Source: an uncultured Candidatus Saccharibacteria bacterium (GTDB lineage Bacteria > Patescibacteriota > Doudnabacteria > UBA920). From it: DNA of 64,000 nt. Both the position numbers and the translations under genes were made by a program. Below the pieces are notes generated by a model. It made no database searches. It saw nothing but the letters and a program-made list of their open reading frames with translations, and was not told where the DNA came from. The DNA lies in the NCBI GenBank assembly GCA_964483665.1, contig CAZACP010000001.1, forward strand, positions 6,358-70,357. Reading direction: 5' to 3'. Below, one piece after another: positions 27,170 through 35,218 of this stretch (its first letter is position 1; each line of letters opens with the position of its first letter).

Positions 27170-27544
27170 ATGGAAGATTTTTTATACAAAGATTTAACAG
27201 AAAAATTAATAAAAGCAATTTTTAATGTTTATAATGAATTAGGATATGGTTATCGGGAAAAAGAATATCAAAATGCTTACGCGGAGGAATTAAAAGATTT
27301 AGGGCTGCTTTTTTCAAGAGAGTTATATTCAAATCTAACATATAAGGGTAAAGTAATTAGAAGATATTTTTTGGACTTTTTGGTTGAAAATAAAGTAGTT
27401 GTTGAGCTTAAAGTTGCAAATGAAGTTTATCACCAGCATTTTACTCAAGTTTTACAGTATTTGAAAAATAATAATTTGCAATTAGGTCTAATTTTAGTTT
27501 TAACCCCAACGAAGGTTCTTATTAAGAGAGTAATAAATCAGTAA
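27170..27544 (+). CDS. GxxExxY family protein (PD-(D/E)XK-like, TIGR04256)
   Basis: ELGYGYREKEYQNA...LDFLVENKVVVELK matches the GxxExxY signature; inserted between tmk and thyA. Confidence 0.75.
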   Translation: MEDFLYKDLTEKLIKAIFNVYNELGYGYREKEYQNAYAEELKDLGLLFSRELYSNLTYKGKVIRRYFLDFLVENKVVVELKVANEVYHQHFTQVLQYLKNNNLQLGLILVLTPTKVLIKRVINQ

Positions 27545-27585
27545 ATCGCGTAATCCGCGTTATCTGAGTATCTGTGAAAGAAACA
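27545..27585. repeat. Right inverted copy of the cacagata words
   Basis: cgcgtaatccgcgttatctgagtatctgtg. Confidence 0.7.
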
Positions 27586-27592
27586 TAAATAT

Positions 27593-28405
27593 ATGCAAGC
27601 ATATTTAGATTTATTAAAAAAAATAAAAGATGAAGGCGTAGAAAAGCATGACCGCACGGGCACCGGAACTAAAAGCATATTTGGCTACCAAATGCGTTTT
27701 GATTTAAGCAAAGGTTTTCCTTTACTAACTACCAAAAAGGTTCATTTAAAGTCCGTAATTTACGAGCTGCTTTGGTTTTTAAAAGGCGATACCAACGTAA
27801 AATGGCTTAATGAGCATGGAGTTACTATTTGGGATGAATGGGCTGACGAAAACGGGGACTTAGGACCCGTTTACGGCAAGCAGTGGCGAGCTTGGAGGGG
27901 TTATAACGGAGAAACTTTTGACCAGATTGCTTATGTTGTAGACCAAATTAAAAATAATCCCGACAATCGCCGTATGATTGTTAGCGGGTGGAACGTGGCA
28001 GATTTGCAATCGCTCATAGCCGGTAAAAAAACCGCGCCTCCGCCGTGCCATACTTTGTTTCAATTTTACGTGGCTAACAACAAGCTTTCTTGCCAGCTGT
28101 ATCAACGCTCAGCCGATGTGTTTTTGGGCGTGCCGTTTAATATAGCGTCTTACAGCCTTTTAACAATGATGATGGCGCAGGTAACAGACAAAGATTTAGG
28201 AGAATTTGTCCATACTTTTGGCGACGCGCATATTTATAACAATCATATGGAGCAGGTGAATTTGCAACTTAGCCGCACTCCCAAAGCCTTGCCGACCATG
28301 AAGTTAAATCCGGAAGTTAAAAGCATTTTTGATTTTAAATATGAAGATTTTACTTTGGAAAATTACAATCCCGATCCGGGCATAAAAGCGCCAATAGCTA
28401 TTTAG
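27593..28405 (+). CDS. thyA: Thymidylate synthase (ThyA type)
   Basis: Active-site PPCH plus [10 protein letters not shown] and the classic ThyA blocks. Confidence 0.95.
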   Translation: MQAYLDLLKKIKDEGVEKHDRTGTGTKSIFGYQMRFDLSKGFPLLTTKKVHLKSVIYELLWFLKGDTNVKWLNEHGVTIWDEWADENGDLGPVYGKQWRAWRGYNGETFDQIAYVVDQIKNNPDNRRMIVSGWNVADLQSLIAGKKTAPPPCHTLFQFYVANNKLSCQLYQRSADVFLGVPFNIASYSLLTMMMAQVTDKDLGEFVHTFGDAHIYNNHMEQVNLQLSRTPKALPTMKLNPEVKSIFDFKYEDFTLENYNPDPGIKAPIAI

Positions 28406-28476
28406 TAAGTAGTTAGTAGTAGGTAGTAAGTAGCAAGCAAAGTTAAGAATATTGAAGTATTAACAAATTAATTAAC

Positions 28477-28950
28477 ATGATATCAATTATTGCCGCGGTG
28501 GCGGACAACAATGTAGTTGGGGTGAACAACAAGCTGCCTTGGGATTTACCCGAGGATTTAAAGCATTTTCAAGTTACCACAAAAGGCAAGCCTGTGCTTA
28601 TGGGCGACAGGACTTTTGAGTCCATAGTTTCCATTTTAGGCAAGCCTTTGCCGGGCAGAAAAAATATTGTTGTAACTTTAAACAAAGATTTTAAAGTTCC
28701 AGAAGGGGTGGAGCTGAGTTTTGATTTGTTCGGGGTTTTAGAAAAATATAAAAACGAAGATTTGTTTGTTATTGGCGGGCCCACAATATGGAAACTGAGT
28801 TTGCCAAAAGTAGACAGGCTTTATATAACCCACGTTCATAAAAGCCCGCAAGGTGACGCGTTTTTTCCGGAGGTGAATTGGAGCGAATGGAAAAAAGTTT
28901 CCAGTGACCCCCGCGAAGGCATTGAATTTGCGGTTTACGACAGGCTGTGA
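28477..28950 (+). CDS. folA: Dihydrofolate reductase
   Basis: MISIIAAVADNNVVGVNNKLPWDLPEDLKHF...VIGG. Confidence 0.9.
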   Translation: MISIIAAVADNNVVGVNNKLPWDLPEDLKHFQVTTKGKPVLMGDRTFESIVSILGKPLPGRKNIVVTLNKDFKVPEGVELSFDLFGVLEKYKNEDLFVIGGPTIWKLSLPKVDRLYITHVHKSPQGDAFFPEVNWSEWKKVSSDPREGIEFAVYDRL

Positions 28951-28962
28951 GGAAGGCAAAAT

Positions 28963-28984
28963 AAAATCCCCCTTCTTGGGGGTT
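28963..28984 (+). terminator. Hairpin after folA
   Basis: aaatcccccttcttgggggttt. Confidence 0.6.
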
Positions 28985-29034
28985 TAAAATAAAATTGTGG
29001 CCGCGGGTATAACTTCTACCGTTGGCCGGATGGC

Positions 29035-29241
29035 TTATCTCGTTACCTTAATAAACCACCTATACGCGGCTGCGACGCCTATTGGAGCGGCTGCTAGGAT
29101 CGAGGATCCTAAATGGGCCGCCGCCTTTCGGCTCTCGCCGAAAATTGGTGAATCATCCATGTGCCACATGGTTGGCACAAACCAACCGTACCAAAGATAG
29201 CCGAAAGCGACAGTACATACTAGACAAACCAACTTTTTCAT
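29035..29241 (-). CDS. Small hydrophobic protein (Trp-rich TM), uncertain
   Basis: ORF in a GC-richer patch; gagggtttATG start context. Confidence 0.3.
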   Translation of the reverse strand: MKKLVCLVCTVAFGYLWYGWFVPTMWHMDDSPIFGESRKAAAHLGSSILAAAPIGVAAAYRWFIKVTR

Positions 29242-29423
29242 AAACCCTCTTCTTAGATTGTATTTGCCCACGGTGGTCCGCAGGCAGCAATAGGCAATTT
29301 CTGAAAATAAAAAACGGCCTATTGCCGCATACGAAAGCTTATTTTATTACTTATATTTTCTTATTTTTTAGCCCTTTTGTCAATGCTAGAGGCCTTGACA
29401 AAATGTCAAAAATGTGCATATAA

Positions 29424-30527
29424 ATGAACGAATTAGTTAAACGTTTAGAAAATTTAACAACTGAAATAATAAATTTAAAATCCCATTTACACCTGCCCGA
29501 AAAACAGCAGAAGCTTTTGGAGTTGGCGGACGAAATGCAGAAAACCGGTTTTTGGCAAGACAACCAGCAAGCCCAGAAAGTTTCGCAGGAATACAACCAA
29601 CTGAAATCTTTTGTGGAATTTTGGGAGAGTTTGGAAAAAGAGACGGCTGAGGTTTTAGAGCTTGTTAAAAATAATCACGACGAATCGGAAGAAACGCTTA
29701 GCTATCTTAAGGCCCAAACAGAGGAACTGGAAAATAAGTACAAAAAAAATCGCCTGGTAGCGCTGCTAAATAAAAAATACGACGACCATAACGCTATATT
29801 TAGCATTCATAGCGGAGCTGGGGGGCTTGATGCCCAAGATTGGGCGGAAATGTTGCTGAGGATGTTTATGCGTTATGCAGGCAAAAAGGGCTTTAAAACG
29901 GAAATTTTGGAGCTTAATAAGGGCTCTGAGGGGGGAGTTAAGTCTGCGGTGGTTTCTGTCAGAGGGCCTTTTGCCTACGGCTTTTTTAAAAGTGAGGCCG
30001 GGGTGCATAGGTTAGTTAGGCTTAGTCCTTTTAATCCGGCCCATACCAGGGAAACCTCGTTTGCGCTGCTCGAACTTTTGCCTGAACTGGAAGCCCAGGA
30101 AGAAATGAAAATCGATCCCGGTGATTTAAAAATAGAAGCCAATACCGCAAGCGGCCATGGCGGCCAGTCGGTTAATACCACTTATTCAGCCATTCGCATA
30201 ACCCATATTCCGACAGGCATTAAGGTTAGTATTCAAAACGAACGTTCCCAGCACCAGAACCGCGAACTGGCAATGAAAATTTTAATGTCTAAATTAAAGG
30301 CTTTGGAAGAAGAAAGGCTTCAGAAAGAAAAACAGGAGCTAAGAGGCGAATTTAAATCCGCGGAGTGGGGGAACCAAATTCGTTCTTACGTTATACACCC
30401 CTACAAGCTGGTAAAAGACCACAGAACAGGTTTTGAATCGACTAATCCGGATGATGTGTTAGATGGCGAGTTAGACGAGTTTGTAGAGAAGTATTTAGAA
30501 AAAACAACAGCAGGTACGCAGATTTAA
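29424..30527 (+). CDS. prfB: Peptide chain release factor 2 (single ORF, no programmed frameshift)
   Basis: SPF tripeptide plus the GGQ motif (SGHGGQSVNTT); 367 aa, continuous. Confidence 0.95.
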   Translation: MNELVKRLENLTTEIINLKSHLHLPEKQQKLLELADEMQKTGFWQDNQQAQKVSQEYNQLKSFVEFWESLEKETAEVLELVKNNHDESEETLSYLKAQTEELENKYKKNRLVALLNKKYDDHNAIFSIHSGAGGLDAQDWAEMLLRMFMRYAGKKGFKTEILELNKGSEGGVKSAVVSVRGPFAYGFFKSEAGVHRLVRLSPFNPAHTRETSFALLELLPELEAQEEMKIDPGDLKIEANTASGHGGQSVNTTYSAIRITHIPTGIKVSIQNERSQHQNRELAMKILMSKLKALEEERLQKEKQELRGEFKSAEWGNQIRSYVIHPYKLVKDHRTGFESTNPDDVLDGELDEFVEKYLEKTTAGTQI

Positions 30528-30575
30528 AAGAGATAACACAGATGTTCAAAATAGAAGTTATCTCTTTTTATTTTA
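30527..30575 (+). terminator. Rho-independent terminator after prfB
   Basis: aagagataac...gttatctctt stem followed by a T-run. Confidence 0.75.
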
Positions 30576-30676
30576 ATAAAAATTTGATATAATTAATTTA
30601 TTGAACTCGCATACAGAAATAAATTAATTTCGAAAAAGTATCTGTGGTATCTGTGCGCTGAAAAGATCTGTGATCT

Positions 30677-31354
30677 ATGATTAAATTCCAAAAAGTAACA
30701 AAAAATTATAAAAATTCCAAAGCTTTGGACGGCGTGGATTTAGACATACATCACGGAGAGTTTATTTCTTTGGTGGGCAGGAGCGGAGCTGGGAAATCTA
30801 CTTTGTTAAAACTAATAATTGGCGAGGAAGAAATAGACGGCGGGAGGATTTTAATTGACGACATTGACATCTCCCAAGTTCGAAAGTCTGACCTGCCTTT
30901 CTTAAGAAGAAAGATTGGCGTGGTGTTTCAGGACATGAGGCTTTTGCCCAGGCGGACGGCTTTTGAAAATATTGCTTTTGCAATGGAAGTCTGTGGGCAC
31001 CGGTATGAAAATATTGTTAAGGAAGTTCCCAAAATTTTAGAGCTGGTCGGCCTTCACCATAAGCGCAATAATTTTCCGGACGAAATGTCGGGCGGCGAAA
31101 AGCAGCGCGTGGCTATTGCGCGCGCGCTTTCACACCGGCCTGTGCTGCTTTTGGCCGATGAGCCGACGGGAAATTTAGACGAAGTTAACGCGGCAGAGGT
31201 TTTAGATTTGCTTTTAAAAATCAACAACCTTGGGACAACTGTAATTTTAGCGACCCACGCGGCGGATTTGGTAAACAAAATTAAAAAGCGCGTAATAACC
31301 ATAGAAAACGGAAAAATTACCATTGAGCAGGAGAAGGGAAAATATAAGTTATAA
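30677..31354 (+). CDS. ftsE: Cell-division ABC ATPase FtsE
   Basis: Walker A GRSGAGKST, signature LSGGEKQR, Walker B LLLADEPT. Confidence 0.95.
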   Translation: MIKFQKVTKNYKNSKALDGVDLDIHHGEFISLVGRSGAGKSTLLKLIIGEEEIDGGRILIDDIDISQVRKSDLPFLRRKIGVVFQDMRLLPRRTAFENIAFAMEVCGHRYENIVKEVPKILELVGLHHKRNNFPDEMSGGEKQRVAIARALSHRPVLLLADEPTGNLDEVNAAEVLDLLLKINNLGTTVILATHAADLVNKIKKRVITIENGKITIEQEKGKYKL

Positions 31355-31456
31355 TTAATTAAAAATAAATAAAATTAAGTAAAATTGATCATAATTTATG
31401 TGCAGAAATTTTTATTTAATTTTATTTAATTATGGTCAATCTTATTTAATTTCATA
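31355..31456. repeat. Conserved AT-rich intergenic element, copy 2 (matches 755..856)
   Basis: aaattaagtaaaatt...gtgcagaaatttttatttaattttatttaattatggtcaatcttatttaat. Confidence 0.7.
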
Positions 31457-32374
31457 ATGTTCGATTCCATTTCATTTTTTAGAATAGTTAAGACAGGTTT
31501 CGTCAATTTTTGGCGCAATTTGTCTTTGTCCGCGGCTGCAACCATGGTTATGAGCATAACTTTGGTAATTTTTGCTTCGCTGTTTTTAATTTTTGGCGTT
31601 ACTCAGTATAGTTTAAAAACTATTAAGAATACCGTAGACATAAGTGTGTATTTTAAGTCAGGTCTTGGTGAGGACAAAATAAACAGCATAAAAAGCGAAC
31701 TGGAAACTAATACTAAAATTCAAACAGTCCGCTATACTTCGGCCGCGGAAGCATTTAAGCAATTTAAAGAAAAGCACAATAATGATCCTTTAATTCAGCA
31801 ATCTTTAAACGAGCTGACAGAAAACCCGCTGCCTGCGACTTTAAATGTTAAGGCCTATAATTTAGAAGACTATCCGGAAATAGCAAACCAGCTGTCAGAT
31901 ACAAAATTCAAAGATTTTATAGACAAAATAAATTATGAAGATAACCGGGTCGTAATTGAGCGGTTAAACAAAATTTTAAAATTCGTTATTACTTTTGGTT
32001 TAGGTTTGATTGCGGTTTTTTCACTTATAGCTGTTTTAGTCATTTTTAACACAATTACGCTTACTATTTATAACCGCAAAGAAGAAGTGGAAATTATGCG
32101 GCTGGTGGGGGCGACTAACTGGTATATTCGCGGCCCTTTTTTGGTTGAGAGTTTTTTGTACGGTATTTTTGCCAGCATAATAACCGCAAGCTTGCTTTCC
32201 CCGGTATTTACCAAGTTTTTACCCAAAATTGCTTTTTACGTAAACCCGCAAATTTCGGTGTTTAACCAAAACATATTTAATTTTTGGTTTTTAATGCTTA
32301 TTTTATTGGCTTTAGGCTTGATTTTGTCGGTTGTTTCCACTCTGCTTGCTATAAGGCGGTATTTAAAAATATAG
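31457..32374 (+). CDS. ftsX: Cell-division permease-like FtsX
   Basis: Four-TM FtsX topology with a large extracellular loop; adjacent to ftsE. Confidence 0.85.
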   Translation: MFDSISFFRIVKTGFVNFWRNLSLSAAATMVMSITLVIFASLFLIFGVTQYSLKTIKNTVDISVYFKSGLGEDKINSIKSELETNTKIQTVRYTSAAEAFKQFKEKHNNDPLIQQSLNELTENPLPATLNVKAYNLEDYPEIANQLSDTKFKDFIDKINYEDNRVVIERLNKILKFVITFGLGLIAVFSLIAVLVIFNTITLTIYNRKEEVEIMRLVGATNWYIRGPFLVESFLYGIFASIITASLLSPVFTKFLPKIAFYVNPQISVFNQNIFNFWFLMLILLALGLILSVVSTLLAIRRYLKI

Positions 32375-32685
32375 CTACAGAACTACAGGTCTGTATATTA
32401 CAGAAAACAACAGAAGTTGATAAATATCGGTTTCTAAAATTCTGTAGTTTTCCGTAGATTCGTATATTTGGTAACTTTTGCAGGATTTTTATCCACAAAT
32501 TTGCATTTTTTTTCTACATAAGTATAATAAGAAAGAGCCCTAAAATAGCAGTAAGCATAAAGGGCTAAATGGCTCTCGCGAAAGCGGGATTTTTTTATTA
32601 AGAAAACTGATGGCACGGATCGAGAAACGGATGGACACAGAAGTCCGTGTCCCTCTGTAATTGTCAGTGTAATCGGTTTTATTTT

Positions 32686-33132
32686 ATGAAAGTTATTTTT
32701 ACAAAAGATGCCCCGGGGCATGGCAAAAAAGGTGAAGTCAAAGAAGTGGCGAGTGGCTTTGCCCAGAATTTTTTAATTGCCAAAGGTTTTGCGCAAGTCG
32801 CAACTCAGCAAATAATTGCGAAAGTAGAAAAGGAAAAAAGGGAACACGATCTTAAGGTATTGAAAGATACTAAGATATTGGAAAATCTAAAAGCGGATTT
32901 AGAGAAAAGAGTTTTTACTGTGGGTGTAAAAGTAGGGGACAAGGGGCAAATTTTTGGCGGGGTGCACGAGAAAGAAATAGCGGAAACAATTGCCGAAAAG
33001 AAATTTATGGTAATAAATAGAAATATGGTTGAAATAGAAAAACCAATTAAAGCCCTGGGGGAACATATGGTAAAAGTTAAGTTAGCGCAGGGAATTATCG
33101 CAAGCGTAAAAATTAAAGTACAGCCGATGTAG
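32686..33132 (+). CDS. rplI: 50S ribosomal protein L9
   Basis: [30 protein letters not shown]. Confidence 0.9.
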   Translation: MKVIFTKDAPGHGKKGEVKEVASGFAQNFLIAKGFAQVATQQIIAKVEKEKREHDLKVLKDTKILENLKADLEKRVFTVGVKVGDKGQIFGGVHEKEIAETIAEKKFMVINRNMVEIEKPIKALGEHMVKVKLAQGIIASVKIKVQPM

Positions 33133-33135
33133 TAG

Positions 33136-33587
33136 AGCCTTCTCCCGGCGGGGAGAAGGTGCCCGAAGGGCGGATGAGGGTGTTATATGCGCAACATAAA
33201 CAAAAGCTTTGTTAATCTTTCTAGGAATTTAAGAAAAAACGAAACACCTTGGGAAATAAAGTTATGGCAAAGGTTAAGGGGAAGGAAATTTTTAGGATTT
33301 AAATTTAAAAAACAATTGGTTATAGGTAATTATATTTACGACTTTGGCTGCTTTGAAAAGAGACTATTAATTGAACTAGATGGCGGACAATATAGTGAAA
33401 ATGATATTAAAGATAAAGATCAAATTAAGGAAGATTTTGCAAAAAACCAGGGCTATAAAATTATCAGGTTTTGGAATAATGAACTAGACAACAATTTTGA
33501 AGGAGTTTTGGAGACAATTAGAAAAAACTTATTATAACCCTCATCCGGCCGTTGGCCACCTTCTCCCCTAAAGGGAGAAGGCAAACT
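33136..33587. mobile_element. Composite miniature element: DUF559 ORF bracketed by inverted copies of the ccctcatccg/ccttctccc hairpin MITE
   Basis: Left copy 33136..33183 (reverse orientation), right copy 33537..33587; the arms are conserved and the small hairpins differ but remain stems. Confidence 0.7.
33187..33537 (+). CDS. DUF559 (Vsr-like endonuclease-fold) domain protein
   Basis: WEIKLWQRLRGRKFLGFKFKKQ...IELDGGQY matches the DUF559 pattern. Confidence 0.7.
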   Translation: MRNINKSFVNLSRNLRKNETPWEIKLWQRLRGRKFLGFKFKKQLVIGNYIYDFGCFEKRLLIELDGGQYSENDIKDKDQIKEDFAKNQGYKIIRFWNNELDNNFEGVLETIRKNLL

Positions 33588-33608
33588 AACATCCGTTTTG
33601 CTAAAATT

Positions 33609-35129
33609 ATGGAATCTTTTCCTCCAATTCATGAAATAGACCACCCGGCAATGCCAAAGTCCAGGCTTAATAGCTTGTTGATTATTTTAATGGTGACTTT
33701 ATTTTTAAGCGGCGGAGCTTTAATAGTTCTAAAGCAAATAGACACTTACCACAGAAAGCAGCTATATATAGCCACTAATGCCGCTTTGCCGGTGCATAAA
33801 GCCAAATTAACAAAATCCAATGTAGAAGTAAAAACTTTTGTGAGTCCTGAGTTTGGTTTTGTTCAGGAGTATACAGAGTTTTATGAGTCATACGAAATAA
33901 GCCCAATCGAAGCTTTTCCGGTTTTAAACTATGAAAAAGGACCAAAAGGCTACAAAAAAGGCTACAGGTTTGCTTCCTCGTTAAGCAGCGTGTTTTGTCC
34001 GGTTTTAGAAGTTTTGGTCTACTCAACCGAAGAAAAAACCGCGGCAAATTGGTTAAAGGTTAATACCGATATAAAAGGAGCTTTTGCAAGTCAGTCCGCA
34101 GAAAATATAAATCAGATTGAGTTTATAAAGCTTACGGGTCCTGGGGGCGATATGGTTCCAAGTGAGGTGTATTTGGCTTTGGCAAATAAGAATTTATACC
34201 AGTTAAATTTAAACTTTGGCCTTAAAGGCGACGCAGTAGACCCTAAATGCGGCAATATACTTTCGGGCTTTAAATTAACCGGTTTAACATCAGCAGAATG
34301 GAAAACATATAAGAATGAGGAATATGGGTTTGAGATGAAAATTCCATCCGAGTGGATAGTTGAAGAAACTCCTTACACGGTAATGTTTAGTACCCCAGAA
34401 AATAAAAAGCTTGCAGAAGAAAACAAAAAGAATTGCGAGACCGGAAAAAATGAATGCAACCCGGAATTTAATTCCCCGCACATGTTTTTTTCAAACAAAG
34501 ATTATTCCAAAACCGATATTATTCAACAGGAATTTAATATTAATGTTAATGGAACAGTTTGGTACAAGTACGCAATACCTAGTTTAGGTGACCCTTGGTA
34601 TTACAAAATTGAACACAATAACAAAATATACAATTTCATAATAAAAAAAGAACAATTCGAGCCTATTTTCTTTCAAATCCTCTCAACCTTAAGATTTACT
34701 GAAAAAGCTGACACCTCAACCTGGAAAACTTATAGGAATGAGGAATATGGATTTGAGTTTAAGTATCCTTTAGATTTTACAATTTTTGAAGGCGATAGCT
34801 ATCAACTACAGGGAGCAAAAAATGAATTAGTAGACGTTTTTTCAGTGCAGATCATAAACAATTCTAACAAAGAAGTGAAGTTAACGTATCTAATTAATAC
34901 TCCAGGTTCAGGATGTGGAGAAGGTGCTGAAAGAATTTCATCAATAAGTATGGAGGCTAGTAGTTTAGGAATAACAAAAGATGTATATTTATGGGGCATT
35001 TCTGGTAGTAAATGTTTTGATTACTCAGGATTTGGAAAAGGTTACATAATTGCTTCAATCCCAAAAAATTATGGTAATTTTGAATCTGTTTTTGACAAAA
35101 TAGTTTTGTCTATTAAATTTACTAAATAA
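33609..35129 (+). CDS. Membrane-anchored extracytoplasmic protein with a duplicated WKTY(K/R)NEEYGFE(M/F)K motif
   Basis: TM LLIILMVTLFLSGGALIVL; two repeat copies about 140 aa apart; the listed ORF start overlaps the MITE, so I trimmed it to MESFPP. Confidence 0.55.
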   Translation: MESFPPIHEIDHPAMPKSRLNSLLIILMVTLFLSGGALIVLKQIDTYHRKQLYIATNAALPVHKAKLTKSNVEVKTFVSPEFGFVQEYTEFYESYEISPIEAFPVLNYEKGPKGYKKGYRFASSLSSVFCPVLEVLVYSTEEKTAANWLKVNTDIKGAFASQSAENINQIEFIKLTGPGGDMVPSEVYLALANKNLYQLNLNFGLKGDAVDPKCGNILSGFKLTGLTSAEWKTYKNEEYGFEMKIPSEWIVEETPYTVMFSTPENKKLAEENKKNCETGKNECNPEFNSPHMFFSNKDYSKTDIIQQEFNINVNGTVWYKYAIPSLGDPWYYKIEHNNKIYNFIIKKEQFEPIFFQILSTLRFTEKADTSTWKTYRNEEYGFEFKYPLDFTIFEGDSYQLQGAKNELVDVFSVQIINNSNKEVKLTYLINTPGSGCGEGAERISSISMEASSLGITKDVYLWGISGSKCFDYSGFGKGYIIASIPKNYGNFESVFDKIVLSIKFTK

Positions 35130-35218
35130 TATTTTAGATTCCGGATATCCGCCAGAAGCGGATTCCGGGATGACATCATTTCAATCTAAAATCATCAATC
35201 TTAAACCTTAAATTTCTT

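Noticed and set aside
29424-30527. Programmed +1 frameshift in prfB
   Set aside because: The RF2 ORF is continuous from the N-terminal Met through the SPF and GGQ motifs. No in-frame UGA with a CUU-UGA-C slippery context is present.
32434-32721. Minus-strand 95-aa ORF in the rplI leader
   Set aside because: It runs antisense through word repeats and hairpins and into the rplI start. It has no start context and is more likely a non-coding structured region.
33552-33608. Listed N-terminus (MATFSPKGRRQTNIRFAKI) of ORF 33552..35129
   Set aside because: It is encoded by the right-hand MITE copy (33537..33587). The downstream Met (MESFPP, 33609) precedes the TM segment and is the more plausible start.
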